Shown: positions 9,194-19,523, counted from the first letter of the stretch. The stretch: 64,000 nucleotides of DNA from Candidatus Zixiibacteriota bacterium (GCA_040752595.1 JBFMGX010000004.1:365346-429345), one strand, 5' to 3'. A program made the numbers and translations. Notes: generated from the letters alone by a model not told the origin.

Positions 9194-11116
9194 TTACAAG
9201 TCGGCGGGAATGTGGAGCTTCTGGCCCACGCTGATCTGATCCGGATCGCGGAGGGAATTGTGGGCCAGAAGTTGGGCGATTGTCACACCGAACCGCGTGG
9301 CTATGCGCAGAATCGTGTCGCCCCGCTTCACGGTGTACCAGAAGCCGCTGCCGCTGCTGCCGCTACCCCGTGTTCCATCGGGAAGCACCAGTTTCTGCCC
9401 GACCATCAGACGGTCGTGCGCTCCCATGCGGTTGGCGGCACGGATGGCGGACGTCGTCGTGCCGAACTTGCGCGCCAGATCCCAGAGCGTGTCCCCATGG
9501 CGCACGACATACGTGCTTCCGCTCTTGGCGGAGCGCGACTTCGGCGCGGGCGTCGGGTCCGGCGCGCGTTGACGCACTTCTCTCTGCGCCAGTCGCTCGG
9601 AGGTCGGGATCGTGAGGACCTGACCGACCTTGAGCCGCTTTTTGACGGACAACTTGTTCACCGCGAGAAGTTCGGACAGACTGACTCCATAGCGCCGGGC
9701 GATCTTCCCCAACGTCTCCCCGCGACGCACGGTGTGTTCGACCAATTGGGTCCGGGTCGATGCCGGCAGATCCCGATAGGCCGCGGCGAATTGCAGTGAC
9801 GTTCCCTTGGGCACTCGTACGCGGTACGGCACGACATCGGGTGGTGTAACGCCTCGCCGCAACTCCGGGTTCAGATCGACCAGCACCGCCTCCGATGCGC
9901 CCACGGCACCGGCGACGTCTCTCAATTCCAGCGTCTTGTTGGTGGCGACCCAATCGAACTCCAGGGGCGGATCAGGCTCGACGTAGAACCCGTAGCTCTC
10001 CGGATCCTTGGCGATCATCAGCGCCGCGATGAAGAGCGGCACATAGTTGCGGGTCTGGTCGCGCAGTTTCAGTTTCCAAAAGTCTTTGGTTTTCTGACGC
10101 TTGATTTGACGCGCCACGCGTCCCTCGCCGCCATTGTAGGCGGCCAGAGCCAGAGTCCAAGAGTTGAACATCCCGTACAGATCGGACAGATAACGGCAGG
10201 CGGCGTGCGTCGACTTTTCGAAGTCGCGCCGTTCGTCATACCAGACGTTACGCTCCAATCCGTAGCGGCGCCCTGTCGAGGCGATGAACTGCCACGGGCC
10301 CGCAGCGTGGGCATAGGAATAGGCATTGTTGTTGAAGCCCGATTCGATAAAAGGCAAATAGGCCAGATCGGTGGGGAGGCCATACGAAGCGAAGACATCC
10401 TTCATCATTGGCAGGTATCGACCCGCCCGCCCCAAGAACAGCTCGAACGGCTCACGCGCCACCGTCTGGTAGAACAGAATGCAGTTGCGGACCTTGTCGT
10501 TGAGTTCGACCGGGAAGTCGTACTCTACCTGTTGCTTCTCGGCTTCGCGGGTCACGAGTTCCGTACCGGCCAAGCTGGAGTCGACACTCTCGTAGCGGAG
10601 CATAACCGTCGAACTCGAAGCATCCTCGCCAAGGCTCCCGAGCGCTTCCAGCGTCTTCTCGTAGTCGGTGTTGATTTCTTCGAGGAGACGATCGATTCTC
10701 GCGGCGATTTCGGGGTCCTCAACCGCAGCCAAGTCGATTTCACCCAGAGCCTTGATGGCTCGCTCGAAGGCGACCTGAGCATCCTGCCACCGGGTGTCCT
10801 GGTTGGCGGCCACGCCGGACGCATAGAGCGCCTCGGCTTCTGCGAAGAGATGTGCGGGATCAACCGCTGCCTGCTCTTCGGACTCGGTGACAGGAGCAGC
10901 ACTATCTGTCGCAGTCTCAGGCGATTCCGAGTAATTGCCGGAGTCGAAATCGGCGGCACTCGGCGATGGTTCGCTGGGAACACCACGCCCAGTACGCCTC
11001 GATGTTGTCGCGCATCCTGCCAACGCCAAGGCAAGCAACGCGATCAAGATCGCATGTGGATTCAGTCGACTCGTCACAACCCCCCTTACAGATACCGCAA
11101 TCGTCTTCTGCCCCAC
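9194..11116 (-). CDS. mltD: Membrane-bound lytic murein transglycosylase D-like: SLT domain plus 3 LysM repeats, lipoprotein
   Basis: GTG start. Lipobox LALAGC. SLT motif ESGFNNNAYSYAHAAGPWQF. C-terminal LysM repeats (RRGETLGKIARRYGVS, RHGDTLWDLARKFG, KRGDTILRIATRFGV). Confidence 0.85.
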   Translation of the reverse strand: MGQKTIAVSVRGVVTSRLNPHAILIALLALALAGCATTSRRTGRGVPSEPSPSAADFDSGNYSESPETATDSAAPVTESEEQAAVDPAHLFAEAEALYASGVAANQDTRWQDAQVAFERAIKALGEIDLAAVEDPEIAARIDRLLEEINTDYEKTLEALGSLGEDASSSTVMLRYESVDSSLAGTELVTREAEKQQVEYDFPVELNDKVRNCILFYQTVAREPFELFLGRAGRYLPMMKDVFASYGLPTDLAYLPFIESGFNNNAYSYAHAAGPWQFIASTGRRYGLERNVWYDERRDFEKSTHAACRYLSDLYGMFNSWTLALAAYNGGEGRVARQIKRQKTKDFWKLKLRDQTRNYVPLFIAALMIAKDPESYGFYVEPDPPLEFDWVATNKTLELRDVAGAVGASEAVLVDLNPELRRGVTPPDVVPYRVRVPKGTSLQFAAAYRDLPASTRTQLVEHTVRRGETLGKIARRYGVSLSELLAVNKLSVKKRLKVGQVLTIPTSERLAQREVRQRAPDPTPAPKSRSAKSGSTYVVRHGDTLWDLARKFGTTTSAIRAANRMGAHDRLMVGQKLVLPDGTRGSGSSGSGFWYTVKRGDTILRIATRFGVTIAQLLAHNSLRDPDQISVGQKLHIPADL

Positions 11117-11375
11117 CTACTTAGGTAGTTCGGACGAATCGGGTCGACTCTGAAGAGAATCGACACCAATCCACACACCTTGATAACACCGACGTGACTG
11201 GGTCATCCCAATCCACGTAACCCGCTGGTATTTAAGATAATCACGAAGTGTGTCAAGGATTTTCCTGACCACCTTGGCTTCATGCAGCGGATTCGGATGA
11301 AAAAGATAATCAGTTGAAGACTATCGGGTTGGCCAGATGGGCACCCTACCGGGTCGTCGGCGACGCCTGTCGCGA

Positions 11376-12359
11376 TCAACCGCGGCCGCTTAGGGCGGGC
11401 TCCGAGCCTCGCCAAGCATCCATAACGTGTTGCGCAACAGCGCCTTGATACTTCACTGGGAGGGCATAGGGACGGTGCCGGAACCACGTGACTTGCCGCT
11501 TGGCGTACCGACCCGTGTTCCGGATGATAAGCTGAGTTGCCTCCTCGAGCGAAAGCTGACCTTGGAGGTGGGCGATCGTCTCCTGATACCCAACGGTAGC
11601 CATGCCGGGGGAATCGGGGCCGAACCCCTTCCGCAGGAGCGAAGCGACCTCGTCAACAAGCCCCTGTCTCATCATCGCGTGAACCCTCTGCTCGATTCGG
11701 CCAAGGAGTTCCGGCCGGGGTCGGTCGATCCAAACGACCACGATCGGCTCGTCGAGTCCGAGCCGGGCCGATTCCTCGAGGTGACGGCTCAGCGGTCGGC
11801 CGGTTTGGCGATAGAACTCGCATCCCCGCAGAATCCGCGTCTTGTCGGATGGGAGGATTCGGGAGGCGAATTCCGGATCGACTCGACGCAGTTCACCGTA
11901 CAGCGAGTCCCAGCCGGTCGTCGCGGCTTCGGCCAAGATGGCCGTGCGCACTGCGCGGTCAACCTCCGGAAGATCGGGCAGCCCGTGGATCAACGCATCC
12001 AGGTAGAAGCCGGTGCCACCGACCAGGATGATCGGGTGCCCGGTCTTGCGTCTTTCGGCGATGACCTTGTTGGTTTCCCGCGCATATCGGCCGGCAGAGT
12101 ACGCTTCATCAGGATCGACACGATCGATCATCGCGTATTCGAACCGTCGTTGCACCTCCGGGGACGGCTTGGCGGTGCCGATGTCCATTCCCCGGTAGAT
12201 CTTCCGCGAGTCGACCGAGATCAACGTGGCGTCGCTCTGTGTTGCGATCTCCTGCGCCAAGGCATTCTTGCCCGTCCCCGTCGCGCCGACGATGGCGAGA
12301 AAGGGGAGCGGGGGTACCCGATGATGTTTGGAACCGGATCGTTCCATATCGGCATTCAA
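11376..12359 (-). CDS. miaA: tRNA dimethylallyltransferase
   Basis: P-loop GATGTGKN, then DSRKIYRGMDIGTAKP. Full-length MiaA. Confidence 0.9.
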   Translation of the reverse strand: MNADMERSGSKHHRVPPLPFLAIVGATGTGKNALAQEIATQSDATLISVDSRKIYRGMDIGTAKPSPEVQRRFEYAMIDRVDPDEAYSAGRYARETNKVIAERRKTGHPIILVGGTGFYLDALIHGLPDLPEVDRAVRTAILAEAATTGWDSLYGELRRVDPEFASRILPSDKTRILRGCEFYRQTGRPLSRHLEESARLGLDEPIVVVWIDRPRPELLGRIEQRVHAMMRQGLVDEVASLLRKGFGPDSPGMATVGYQETIAHLQGQLSLEEATQLIIRNTGRYAKRQVTWFRHRPYALPVKYQGAVAQHVMDAWRGSEPALSGRG

Positions 12360-12394
12360 GCAATGATTGCCCCCAGAAGCAAGGCGATGGATGG

Positions 12395-12518
12395 CTAACC
12401 TCTCCCTCCGGCAGTGTCCCGAACGGAGTGAGGGAGAGAGGTCGATCCGCCGCAGGCGGATCGGGTGAGGGACAAGGCATCGTGTGCATCATTTGATCAC
12501 ACGGGTCTGAAGACCCGT
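12395..12518. repeat. MITE-like 'CCTCTCCCTCCGG' copy (inverted relative to the 56303 copy) plus the CACGGGTCTGAAGACCCGTG hairpin
   Basis: Direct sequence comparison with 56303-56403 and 4964-4983. Confidence 0.5.
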
Positions 12519-12622
12519 GGCACCCCACGACTCTGCTTGGGCAACTGATTGACCACAGCCATCGCGGCGGTGTTAATTGTCGCGGGCGCATTTCGAGGAC
12601 TGACCAGATCCCCGCGATTCTG

Positions 12623-15268
12623 ATGTCCACCGGCGAAACACCAGACACTCCACTGACTCCGATGCTGCGGCAGCATGCCGAGATCAAGGCGCGCTACCCC
12701 GGCCATCTGGTCTTCTTCCGGATGGGGGATTTCTATGAGATGTTCGGGGACGACGCGGTCGAGGGAGCCCGGATACTCGGGATCACGCTCACCAAACGCC
12801 CTCACGGCAAGAACGGCGCCATTCCCTTGGCTGGGGTGCCGCACCATCAGGCGGAGCGCTACCTCGCCCGGTTGGTCGCCGCCGGGCAACGGGTAGTCGT
12901 CTGTGAGCAAACGGAGGACCCGCGTCATGCCACCGGTCTGGTCAAACGCGACGTCACCGAGATCATCACCCCCGGCACCGTGATGACGCCCGGCGCCTTG
13001 GAAGAAACACAGACGCCCGCCATCGCCGCCGTCGCCGGTCCTGATGCGAATGGGCAGTTCGGGCTGGCGTGGGCCGAGCCGACGAGTGGTCGGTTTGCCG
13101 TGGAGCACTGCGCCCCGGAGGAGTTGGTCGAGTTGCTCTCATCGCACCCCGCCAGCGAGATTCTGATTGCTGCCGATGCCGATTCACGCATCGGCTCACT
13201 GACGGCGGACCGCTCCGGGGTGACCCGTTGGCCCGAGTGGCACTTCGAGCCCGATGAAGCGGCCCGCACGCTGAAATCGCACTTCGGCACCGATGATCCG
13301 AACGCGCTCGGGCTCGATCTCGCGGAATCTCCCCGTCATACTCGGTTGCCGGTCGGGGCTGTCGCGGCCGGGGCATTGCTGGGGTATTTGAAGGAGACTA
13401 AGCGCGCGCCTTTGTCCCACATAACGTCAATGCGCCCGTTGGTTGGACGGGCGGTCGTGGCGATTGACCCCCAGACCGCCGTCAATCTGGACATCATCGG
13501 CCGACCTCACAGCAACCGTCCCACGCTCTGCGATGTCCTGGATCGCTGCCGGACCGCCATGGGGCGACGTCTCTTGCGCGAGCGGCTGACTCACCCGCTC
13601 ACAGACCGCGAGGCGATCGAACGACGGCTGGACGAAGTCACCCATCTCGTCCATGACCGGGGCACGCTCGCCAAGCTCTCCGAGGCCACGAAGGGGATCT
13701 TCGATCTCGAACGGTTTGTCGGTCGTCTGGGGAGCGAACGGATCGGACCGAGAGATCTGCTCGGGCTCCGCGATGCGCTGTCGCGCTGGCCCACGATTGT
13801 GACTCTCATTGGACCCACCCCGCTGGCATATCGCGATGATCCTGCGGTGACGGAGACCGAGCGGTGGCATCAGGAACTGGCGCGCGGTCTGAAGGATGAT
13901 CCGCCGCTGGCGACCACTCAGGGGGGAATCTTCCGGCGCGGCTACTCCGACGAGCTTGACTCCCTGTACGCCGATGCCGCCGAGGCACGGGCCTGGATTG
14001 CCGACCTGCAATCGAAACTGCGAAGTGAAACCGGCATTCCCTCCCTGAAGGTCGGATACAACAAGGTCTTCGACTACTACATTGAAGTTCCGATGACTCA
14101 CGCGGAGAAGGTCCCTGCCGACTGGATCCGCAAGCAGACATTGGTCTCGGCCGAGCGGTTTGTCACCGCCGAGCTCAAAGAGAAGGAGGAGATTGTCCTC
14201 CGGACCGATGAGCGCGCCGCCGAGCTGGAAACACGGTTGTTCCTGGAGTTGCGGACGCGGCTGGTGGCGGAGATCGCGCTTCTATCGGCGTTGGCGCGGA
14301 CGCTGGCGCGGATTGATGTCACTGCCTCGCTGGCGCGGGCGGCACTTTCTCGTGGGTATTCGCGTCCGACGCTCACGAACGACCGGCAATTGACGATCCG
14401 CAAAGGGCGGCACCCGGTCTTGGAGACGATCAATCCTGCCGGCGGCTTCGTTCCCAACGACACGGTCTTCTCGACGGATGACGGCTTCCTGCACATTCTG
14501 ACCGGCCCCAACATGGCGGGCAAGTCGACCTACCTGCGCCAGGTCGGCCTGATCGTGCTGTTGGCGCAGATCGGCTCATTCGTTCCGGCCGAGGCGGCGA
14601 CGATCGGACTGGTCGATCGCATCTTCACGCGGGTCGGCGCCGATGACGATCTGTCGCACAACCGTTCGACCTTCATGGTTGAGATGGCGGAGACCGCGCG
14701 GATACTGGCCGGCGCAACGGCCGCTTCGTTGATCCTCTTCGATGAGGTGGGGCGGGGGACGTCGACATATGACGGGGTCGCCATCGCCTGGGCGATTGCC
14801 GAGCACCTGGCGGGTGACGCTGCGCATTGCCCGCGCACGCTGTTTGCGACCCACTACCATGAGTTGACCTCGCTGGCCGATCGCTTTGCGGCGATCTGCA
14901 ACTATCAATTGGCAACGAAGGAAAAGGACGGACGCGTCGTCTTCCTGTTTCGGGTCCGGCCGGGGGCCTGCGATGACTCGTTCGGCATTCACGTGGCCCG
15001 GATGGCGGGGGTGCCGCCCCCGGTCGTGGCACGCGCCCATGAGATACTCTCAGCCCTGGAGAGTGGAACGTTTGATCCGCTGCGGGGGCGCGGCGCACCG
15101 AGACCGAAGCCGGCGACCGCCTCGGCCGGGCAGGCCAATCTGTTCAGTGATGACCAGCGGGCCGCGGTCGACGCCCTGGCGCAACTGCATCCGGAGGCGA
15201 TGACGCCGATGGAGGCGTTGAACAAACTGGATGAACTCACGCGCCGGTTACGCGGGACAGCGGTGTAG
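12623..15268 (+). CDS. mutS: DNA mismatch repair protein MutS
   Basis: N-terminal mismatch domain (TPMLRQHAEIKARYP, FFRMGDFYEMF). Walker A GPNMAGKST. Stop TAG lies inside the REP motif GTAGGGG at 15265. Confidence 0.95.
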   Translation: MSTGETPDTPLTPMLRQHAEIKARYPGHLVFFRMGDFYEMFGDDAVEGARILGITLTKRPHGKNGAIPLAGVPHHQAERYLARLVAAGQRVVVCEQTEDPRHATGLVKRDVTEIITPGTVMTPGALEETQTPAIAAVAGPDANGQFGLAWAEPTSGRFAVEHCAPEELVELLSSHPASEILIAADADSRIGSLTADRSGVTRWPEWHFEPDEAARTLKSHFGTDDPNALGLDLAESPRHTRLPVGAVAAGALLGYLKETKRAPLSHITSMRPLVGRAVVAIDPQTAVNLDIIGRPHSNRPTLCDVLDRCRTAMGRRLLRERLTHPLTDREAIERRLDEVTHLVHDRGTLAKLSEATKGIFDLERFVGRLGSERIGPRDLLGLRDALSRWPTIVTLIGPTPLAYRDDPAVTETERWHQELARGLKDDPPLATTQGGIFRRGYSDELDSLYADAAEARAWIADLQSKLRSETGIPSLKVGYNKVFDYYIEVPMTHAEKVPADWIRKQTLVSAERFVTAELKEKEEIVLRTDERAAELETRLFLELRTRLVAEIALLSALARTLARIDVTASLARAALSRGYSRPTLTNDRQLTIRKGRHPVLETINPAGGFVPNDTVFSTDDGFLHILTGPNMAGKSTYLRQVGLIVLLAQIGSFVPAEAATIGLVDRIFTRVGADDDLSHNRSTFMVEMAETARILAGATAASLILFDEVGRGTSTYDGVAIAWAIAEHLAGDAAHCPRTLFATHYHELTSLADRFAAICNYQLATKEKDGRVVFLFRVRPGACDDSFGIHVARMAGVPPPVVARAHEILSALESGTFDPLRGRGAPRPKPATASAGQANLFSDDQRAAVDALAQLHPEAMTPMEALNKLDELTRRLRGTAV

Positions 15269-15328
15269 GGGCGACCCGTTGGGTCGCCCGAGGGCGAGGC
15301 AACGCCTCGCCCCTACGACAAAACCACG

Positions 15329-17128
15329 ATGACGATGACCGACACATTGGATCGCACCATCGCCGTCCTCCCCGACCATCTGGTCGACCAGATCGCCGCG
15401 GGGGAGGTGATCGAGCGCCCCGCCTCGGTGGTCAAAGAACTGATCGAGAATGCGCTCGATGCTGGCGCGACCGCGATCGATATCGAAATCGCCGGAGCGG
15501 GGGAGAAGCAGATGCGCGTGGTCGACAACGGCGTCGGCATGAGCGCCGTTGATTTGGCGCAAGCGGTCCTCCGACACGCCACCTCCAAGATCCAGACCGT
15601 CGAGGATTTGGAGGGAATCGTCACGTTCGGCTTTCGCGGCGAGGCGTTGGCAGCGGTCGCGTCGGTTTCACACCTGGAGATCGTCTCCCGTCCGCGCGAT
15701 CATGACGAGGCGGCGATGATGTTCTGGGAAGGGGGAACCCGGAGCGACTCCGGTTCTGTCGGCGCGCCGCCGGGGACCGCAGTGACAGTCCGGCATCTGT
15801 TCTACAACACGCCGGCCCGACATCAGTACATGCGCGCGCCGTCCACTGAAACCAGGCGCATCGTGGAGACAGTGACCGATTTCGCCGCCTATCACCATCG
15901 TGTCGCCTTCTCGCTTCTCATCGACGAGCGGCAGGTCTTGCATCTGGCGGCGGCGCCCGACCGACGCATACGTCTGATTGATCTCTATGGTCACGGTGTC
16001 GGCGATGCGCTCCTGACATTCCAGGGCGGCGACGCGGAACTGGGTGTCGAGGGACATGCGGGGAAACCGGAGTTGGCGCGCGCCACGCGCGACCGGATTC
16101 TCACCTATGTCAACGGGCGACGGGTCTGGTCGCAATCGCTGCAGCACGCCGTCACCGCCGCCTATGGCGAGACGATTCCGCGTGGGCGCTATCCGATCGC
16201 CGTGGTCTGTTTGAACGTCAATCCCCGCCGGGTCGACGTCAACGTGCATCCCACCAAACGTGAGGTGCGCTTCGCCCATGAGCGCATGGTGTACGATCTG
16301 ACCTACTATTCGATCAACAAGGTGATCTTTGCCTCACCGCGTGTCGCACCCGTTCTGCCTCTGAAGGAATCGTATGCCCCGCAGAGCGAGCGATTGCCGC
16401 TGCCCGCGTCCTCGCCGGAGAACGTAGGGGCGTATGGCCATACGCCCCTACCAAGCAACCAATCATCGGATGTAGGGGCGGTTCGTGAACCGCCCGATTG
16501 GCCCGGCTGGCCGACGGATCGGCCCGCACCAATGGCGGCAACATGTGTCCCCCAAGCGACGGACGGCGTCACGAACTTCTGGCAGTTCAACGATGTCTAC
16601 ATCGCCACCGTGGTCGGCGAAGAGCTGTGGATCATCGACCAGCACACGGCGCACGAACGCGTTCTCTATGAGGAAATGCTGCGCCGCGGTCGCGGTCGTG
16701 CCGAATCGCAACGCCTGCTCTTTCCCGAGTCCATCGATCTGGAAACGCGCGAGCTGGAGGTTTTTGGCGCCTCGCTGGATGCCTTCACGGCGTTGGGATT
16801 CGAGGTGCGCCCGTTTGGGACGCGCACCGTCTTGCTGGAGGGAATACCGACCGGGTTGAAGGTGGGCAATCCGGTGATTCTCTTTCGTCGGGTGCTCGAA
16901 GATTTGGAAATAGCCCGTCGCGGGGGAGAAGACTTGATGAAAGCGGCTGCCGCCTCTACCGCTTGCCGTGCTGCGGTCATGGCGGGGGACCGTCTGCGAC
17001 CCGAGGAAATGCACGGTCTATTCGCCCGTTTGATGCAGACGGAGAATCCCTTTTCATGTCCTCACGGCCGCCCGACGATGGTGAAGATCCCCATCACCGA
17101 TTTCGACAAGAAGTTCTGCCGGGCGTAG
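15329..17128 (+). CDS. mutL: DNA mismatch repair protein MutL
   Basis: GHKL ATPase N-domain (AAGEVIERPASVVKELIENALDAGA). C-terminal dimerisation domain with FARLMQTENPFSCPHGRP. Confidence 0.95.
   Translation: MTMTDTLDRTIAVLPDHLVDQIAAGEVIERPASVVKELIENALDAGATAIDIEIAGAGEKQMRVVDNGVGMSAVDLAQAVLRHATSKIQTVEDLEGIVTFGFRGEALAAVASVSHLEIVSRPRDHDEAAMMFWEGGTRSDSGSVGAPPGTAVTVRHLFYNTPARHQYMRAPSTETRRIVETVTDFAAYHHRVAFSLLIDERQVLHLAAAPDRRIRLIDLYGHGVGDALLTFQGGDAELGVEGHAGKPELARATRDRILTYVNGRRVWSQSLQHAVTAAYGETIPRGRYPIAVVCLNVNPRRVDVNVHPTKREVRFAHERMVYDLTYYSINKVIFASPRVAPVLPLKESYAPQSERLPLPASSPENVGAYGHTPLPSNQSSDVGAVREPPDWPGWPTDRPAPMAATCVPQATDGVTNFWQFNDVYIATVVGEELWIIDQHTAHERVLYEEMLRRGRGRAESQRLLFPESIDLETRELEVFGASLDAFTALGFEVRPFGTRTVLLEGIPTGLKVGNPVILFRRVLEDLEIARRGGEDLMKAAAASTACRAAVMAGDRLRPEEMHGLFARLMQTENPFSCPHGRPTMVKIPITDFDKKFCRA
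16424..16497 (+). repeat. Two REP units embedded in-frame in the mutL linker
   Basis: GTAGGGGCGTATGGCCATACGCCCCTAC is a perfect 28-bp palindrome. It is followed by GTAGGGGCGGTTCGTGAACCGCCC. They translate as ...VGAYGHTPLPSNQSSDVGAVREPP... with no frame interruption. Confidence 0.55.
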
Positions 17129-17155
17129 TCAAGATTGTCATCCCGCCATTGTGGG

Positions 17156-17236
17156 GTAGGGGCACGGCGCGCCGTGCCCTTTTGAATGTAGGGCGGGCTC
17201 TGCCCGCCGCAGGGGGCTGGAAGCCCCCTGTCCTCA
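17156..17236. repeat. REP cluster (GTAGGGGCACGGCGCGCCGTGCCC; GTAGGGCGGGCTCTGCCCGCC; CAGGGGGCTGGAAGCCCCCTG)
   Basis: Units identical or near-identical to copies at 4227, 19152 and 58790. Confidence 0.55.
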
Positions 17237-17310
17237 CGTGCAGTTGTCTGGCCGATGAGAAGGAACGGGAGGGCGATCCGCCACGGCGGACTGCCGAGCC
17301 GACCTGGAGT

Positions 17311-17913
17311 TCATCGTGGCTGATACAGCGATTCCGGGATGCCGTGCTGCCTGAGCACGCTGATTACCATCGACTGGATCTGAGTCGCCGTCGAATCAGC
17401 GCGTGCATGGAGCTCGGACAGGCGTACAAGCTCCCCACGCAGGACGTGTGCGGCGGATGAGGAATCGTCAGCTTGTCCGATCTCAAGCATGGCATCCTCG
17501 AGGGCACGCGAAACGCTGAGGTATCTGCTTCTGATAGAATCGATGGTCGCGTCAGCCACACGACCAATGGCCAGAGCGAGCTGTGAACTTCTGCCCAGAC
17601 CGTGGCCGCTGTATCGGCTGCGCGTCAGGTCAATGCTATCAGCCGCGCTCTGGCGGGCGAAGGCGAGATATCGGTCAAAGTCGTCAAGGTGTCTGCGTGC
17701 TCGGGTCCGGATCTCGACCTTGCCGATGCGTTCCAATTGAACTGCCACGTTGCCGACTTTGAAGACGGCGATGCACGCCGCAAATGCCGCGACCGCCGCA
17801 ATGGCATTCTGAATAATGAAGCGGGCGTCCCGGTACCATGCTCCCGCGCTTGTTTCCTTTGTGCGCGCCATGAGAATGTATGGCTCGGCGTGAGCCTCGC
17901 CCTCCCGAACCAT
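17311..17913 (-). CDS. Hypothetical membrane-anchored protein, likely co-transcribed downstream of lapB
   Basis: Start lies 4 nt after the lapB stop. One N-terminal TM helix (AIAAVAAFAACIAVF) then a helical/coiled region. No family recognised, and a GC-rich antisense artefact cannot be excluded. Confidence 0.35.
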   Translation of the reverse strand: MVREGEAHAEPYILMARTKETSAGAWYRDARFIIQNAIAAVAAFAACIAVFKVGNVAVQLERIGKVEIRTRARRHLDDFDRYLAFARQSAADSIDLTRSRYSGHGLGRSSQLALAIGRVADATIDSIRSRYLSVSRALEDAMLEIGQADDSSSAAHVLRGELVRLSELHARADSTATQIQSMVISVLRQHGIPESLYQPR

Positions 17914-17917
17914 CGAC

Positions 17918-19099
17918 CTACGCCTTTGTCGTCACCGATTGTGAAGTCGCCGCGATCCCGTACGACTCCACCGCCTTACATTGGGGGCAGTACCAGGCCG
18001 GCTCCGGCTCGCGGTGGCCGCAACGAGAGCAGGTGTACCCTTCATCCTCCAAGGTCCCCGTTCCCAGGAGCGAATCGACCTCTTGGGCGATCTGCTGCCA
18101 GCGAGACTGCTGGGCGAGGGCGCGGATGATCCCGGCGCGGGCCGGAAGGCAAACGGGGTCGATCTCCAGCACCTGTCGGTAGCGGCGCAGGGCGTGGTCG
18201 AACTCCCCCTTCTTCAGGGACAGATTGGCCAGTCCGAGGAGGGCCATCGCGTCATTCGGGTTCTTGTCGAGAATGCGCTCATAGAACTTGTTGATCTCGC
18301 CGTACTGGCCCAGCTCGAAATAGGCGCGTTCGAGACGATCGAAGACCATCTGTGCTGCTTCCGGTCGGGCCGCCGCCAGACGCGTCCACCATTCGACCGC
18401 ATCCTCCGGCTCGCCGTCATCCCAGTAGGCGTCGCCGAGATACAGAAGCGCGGGGATACAGTGCTCGTCAAAGCTGAGCGCTTCCTTATAGGCGACACGG
18501 GCGTCGTGTTTCTTCCCCGCTGCCGACAGTGAGGCGCCCGCCAGTGTCTTGTATATCGCCAGCGTGTGCCCGTCGGCCTTGCCCGAACGCTTGACGGCGG
18601 CGCGGCGGTAGTCGAACGCCGCGTCGAAGCGGCCGGAGTGCGCATAGAGCGCGACCAGTTGATCGGCGGCCCAGGCGTTCTCCTTGTCGACTTCAATGAT
18701 CTTCAACAGCGAACGCTCGGCGGCGGTGTGATCTCCCGACGCCACGTAGTCCAGGGCGAGGCTCTTCTGCACCGCGATGATGTCATTCTTGGAGAAGCCC
18801 CGACGGAGGTTGAGCTCCTGGTGAACCTTGATCGCCCGGTCAATTCGACCCCGCCGGCGCAGAAGGTCGCCGAGTTTCAGATAGGCGTCGAGGTTGTTGG
18901 AATCCTCCTGGGCGGTCATCTTCAAGCGGTCAAAGGCGGTCCGATCATCGCCGTCAACCAGCGCGCGCAGGGCCTCCATGTAGAGGCGCGGCGCCTGGCT
19001 GGTGCGTCGCTTATGTGTGCGGGTCCAGAGATAGGCGAAAACCGCCGCCGCGATCGCGAACACCCAGAAGATGGTCCATCCGAAGCCGGTGAAGTCCAT
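17918..19099 (-). CDS. lapB: Lipopolysaccharide assembly protein LapB/YciM (TPR plus C-terminal rubredoxin-like Zn ribbon)
   Basis: N-terminal TM helix and multiple TPRs. C-terminus YTCSRCGH...WYCPQCK matches the LapB Cx2C..Cx2C metal site. Confidence 0.7.
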   Translation of the reverse strand: MDFTGFGWTIFWVFAIAAAVFAYLWTRTHKRRTSQAPRLYMEALRALVDGDDRTAFDRLKMTAQEDSNNLDAYLKLGDLLRRRGRIDRAIKVHQELNLRRGFSKNDIIAVQKSLALDYVASGDHTAAERSLLKIIEVDKENAWAADQLVALYAHSGRFDAAFDYRRAAVKRSGKADGHTLAIYKTLAGASLSAAGKKHDARVAYKEALSFDEHCIPALLYLGDAYWDDGEPEDAVEWWTRLAAARPEAAQMVFDRLERAYFELGQYGEINKFYERILDKNPNDAMALLGLANLSLKKGEFDHALRRYRQVLEIDPVCLPARAGIIRALAQQSRWQQIAQEVDSLLGTGTLEDEGYTCSRCGHREPEPAWYCPQCKAVESYGIAATSQSVTTKA

Positions 19100-19151
19100 G
19101 GTCGGCCCTCGTTATCGTTGATGACCCATGTCGGTAGCCTTGCGGCCGCCG

Positions 19152-19220
19152 GTAGGGGCACGGCGTGCCGTGCCCGCCTCTGACGTGCCGTGCCGGCGGG
19201 CACAGCGCGCGGTGCCCCTA
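19152..19220. repeat. REP cluster bracketed GTAGGGGC...GCCCCTAC; overlaps the lapA stop codon
   Basis: GTAGGGGCACGGCGTGCCGTGCCC ... GGTGCCCCTAC. The terminal CTA at 19218-19220 is the lapA TAG. Confidence 0.5.
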
Positions 19221-19523
19221 CAATTCGTCCAATTCCTCCAATGAACGGTTGCGCAGCGAGGCAACCTCCATCTCCAATCGTTTGCGCCCGCGGCGCTCGC
19301 CGCGCATATCGCTGTGGATCTTCAAGACATACGTCAGCGCCAGCAACGCCGCCACCGCCATCCCGACGAGGAAGGCCCAGTACACGACGATCACCATTGA
19401 GACGTCGCTGTAGGACACCCAGATGACGTCGATCTGAGCGATCCGCTGGGGCGCATTGTAGATGGAGAATCCAAGCGCGATCGCGAACACGATCAAGAGG
19501 ATGATGATGCGTATGATCCACAT
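19218..19523 (-). CDS. lapA: Lipopolysaccharide assembly protein LapA/YciS (DUF1049)
   Basis: 101 aa, two TM helices, basic/coiled C-tail. Sits immediately upstream of lapB as in E. coli. Confidence 0.65.
   Translation of the reverse strand: MWIIRIIILLIVFAIALGFSIYNAPQRIAQIDVIWVSYSDVSMVIVVYWAFLVGMAVAALLALTYVLKIHSDMRGERRGRKRLEMEVASLRNRSLEELDEL

Noticed and set aside
7751-9799. 682-aa ORF on the + strand
   Set aside because: It is antisense to HU, sppA and mltD, which have strong homology. The protein is Arg/Pro/Gly-rich and low-complexity, as is typical of GC-rich antisense frames.
13427-14101. 224-aa and other 100-150-aa ORFs antisense within mutS/mutL (12497-17014)
   Set aside because: They overlap well-supported mutS and mutL on the opposite strand.
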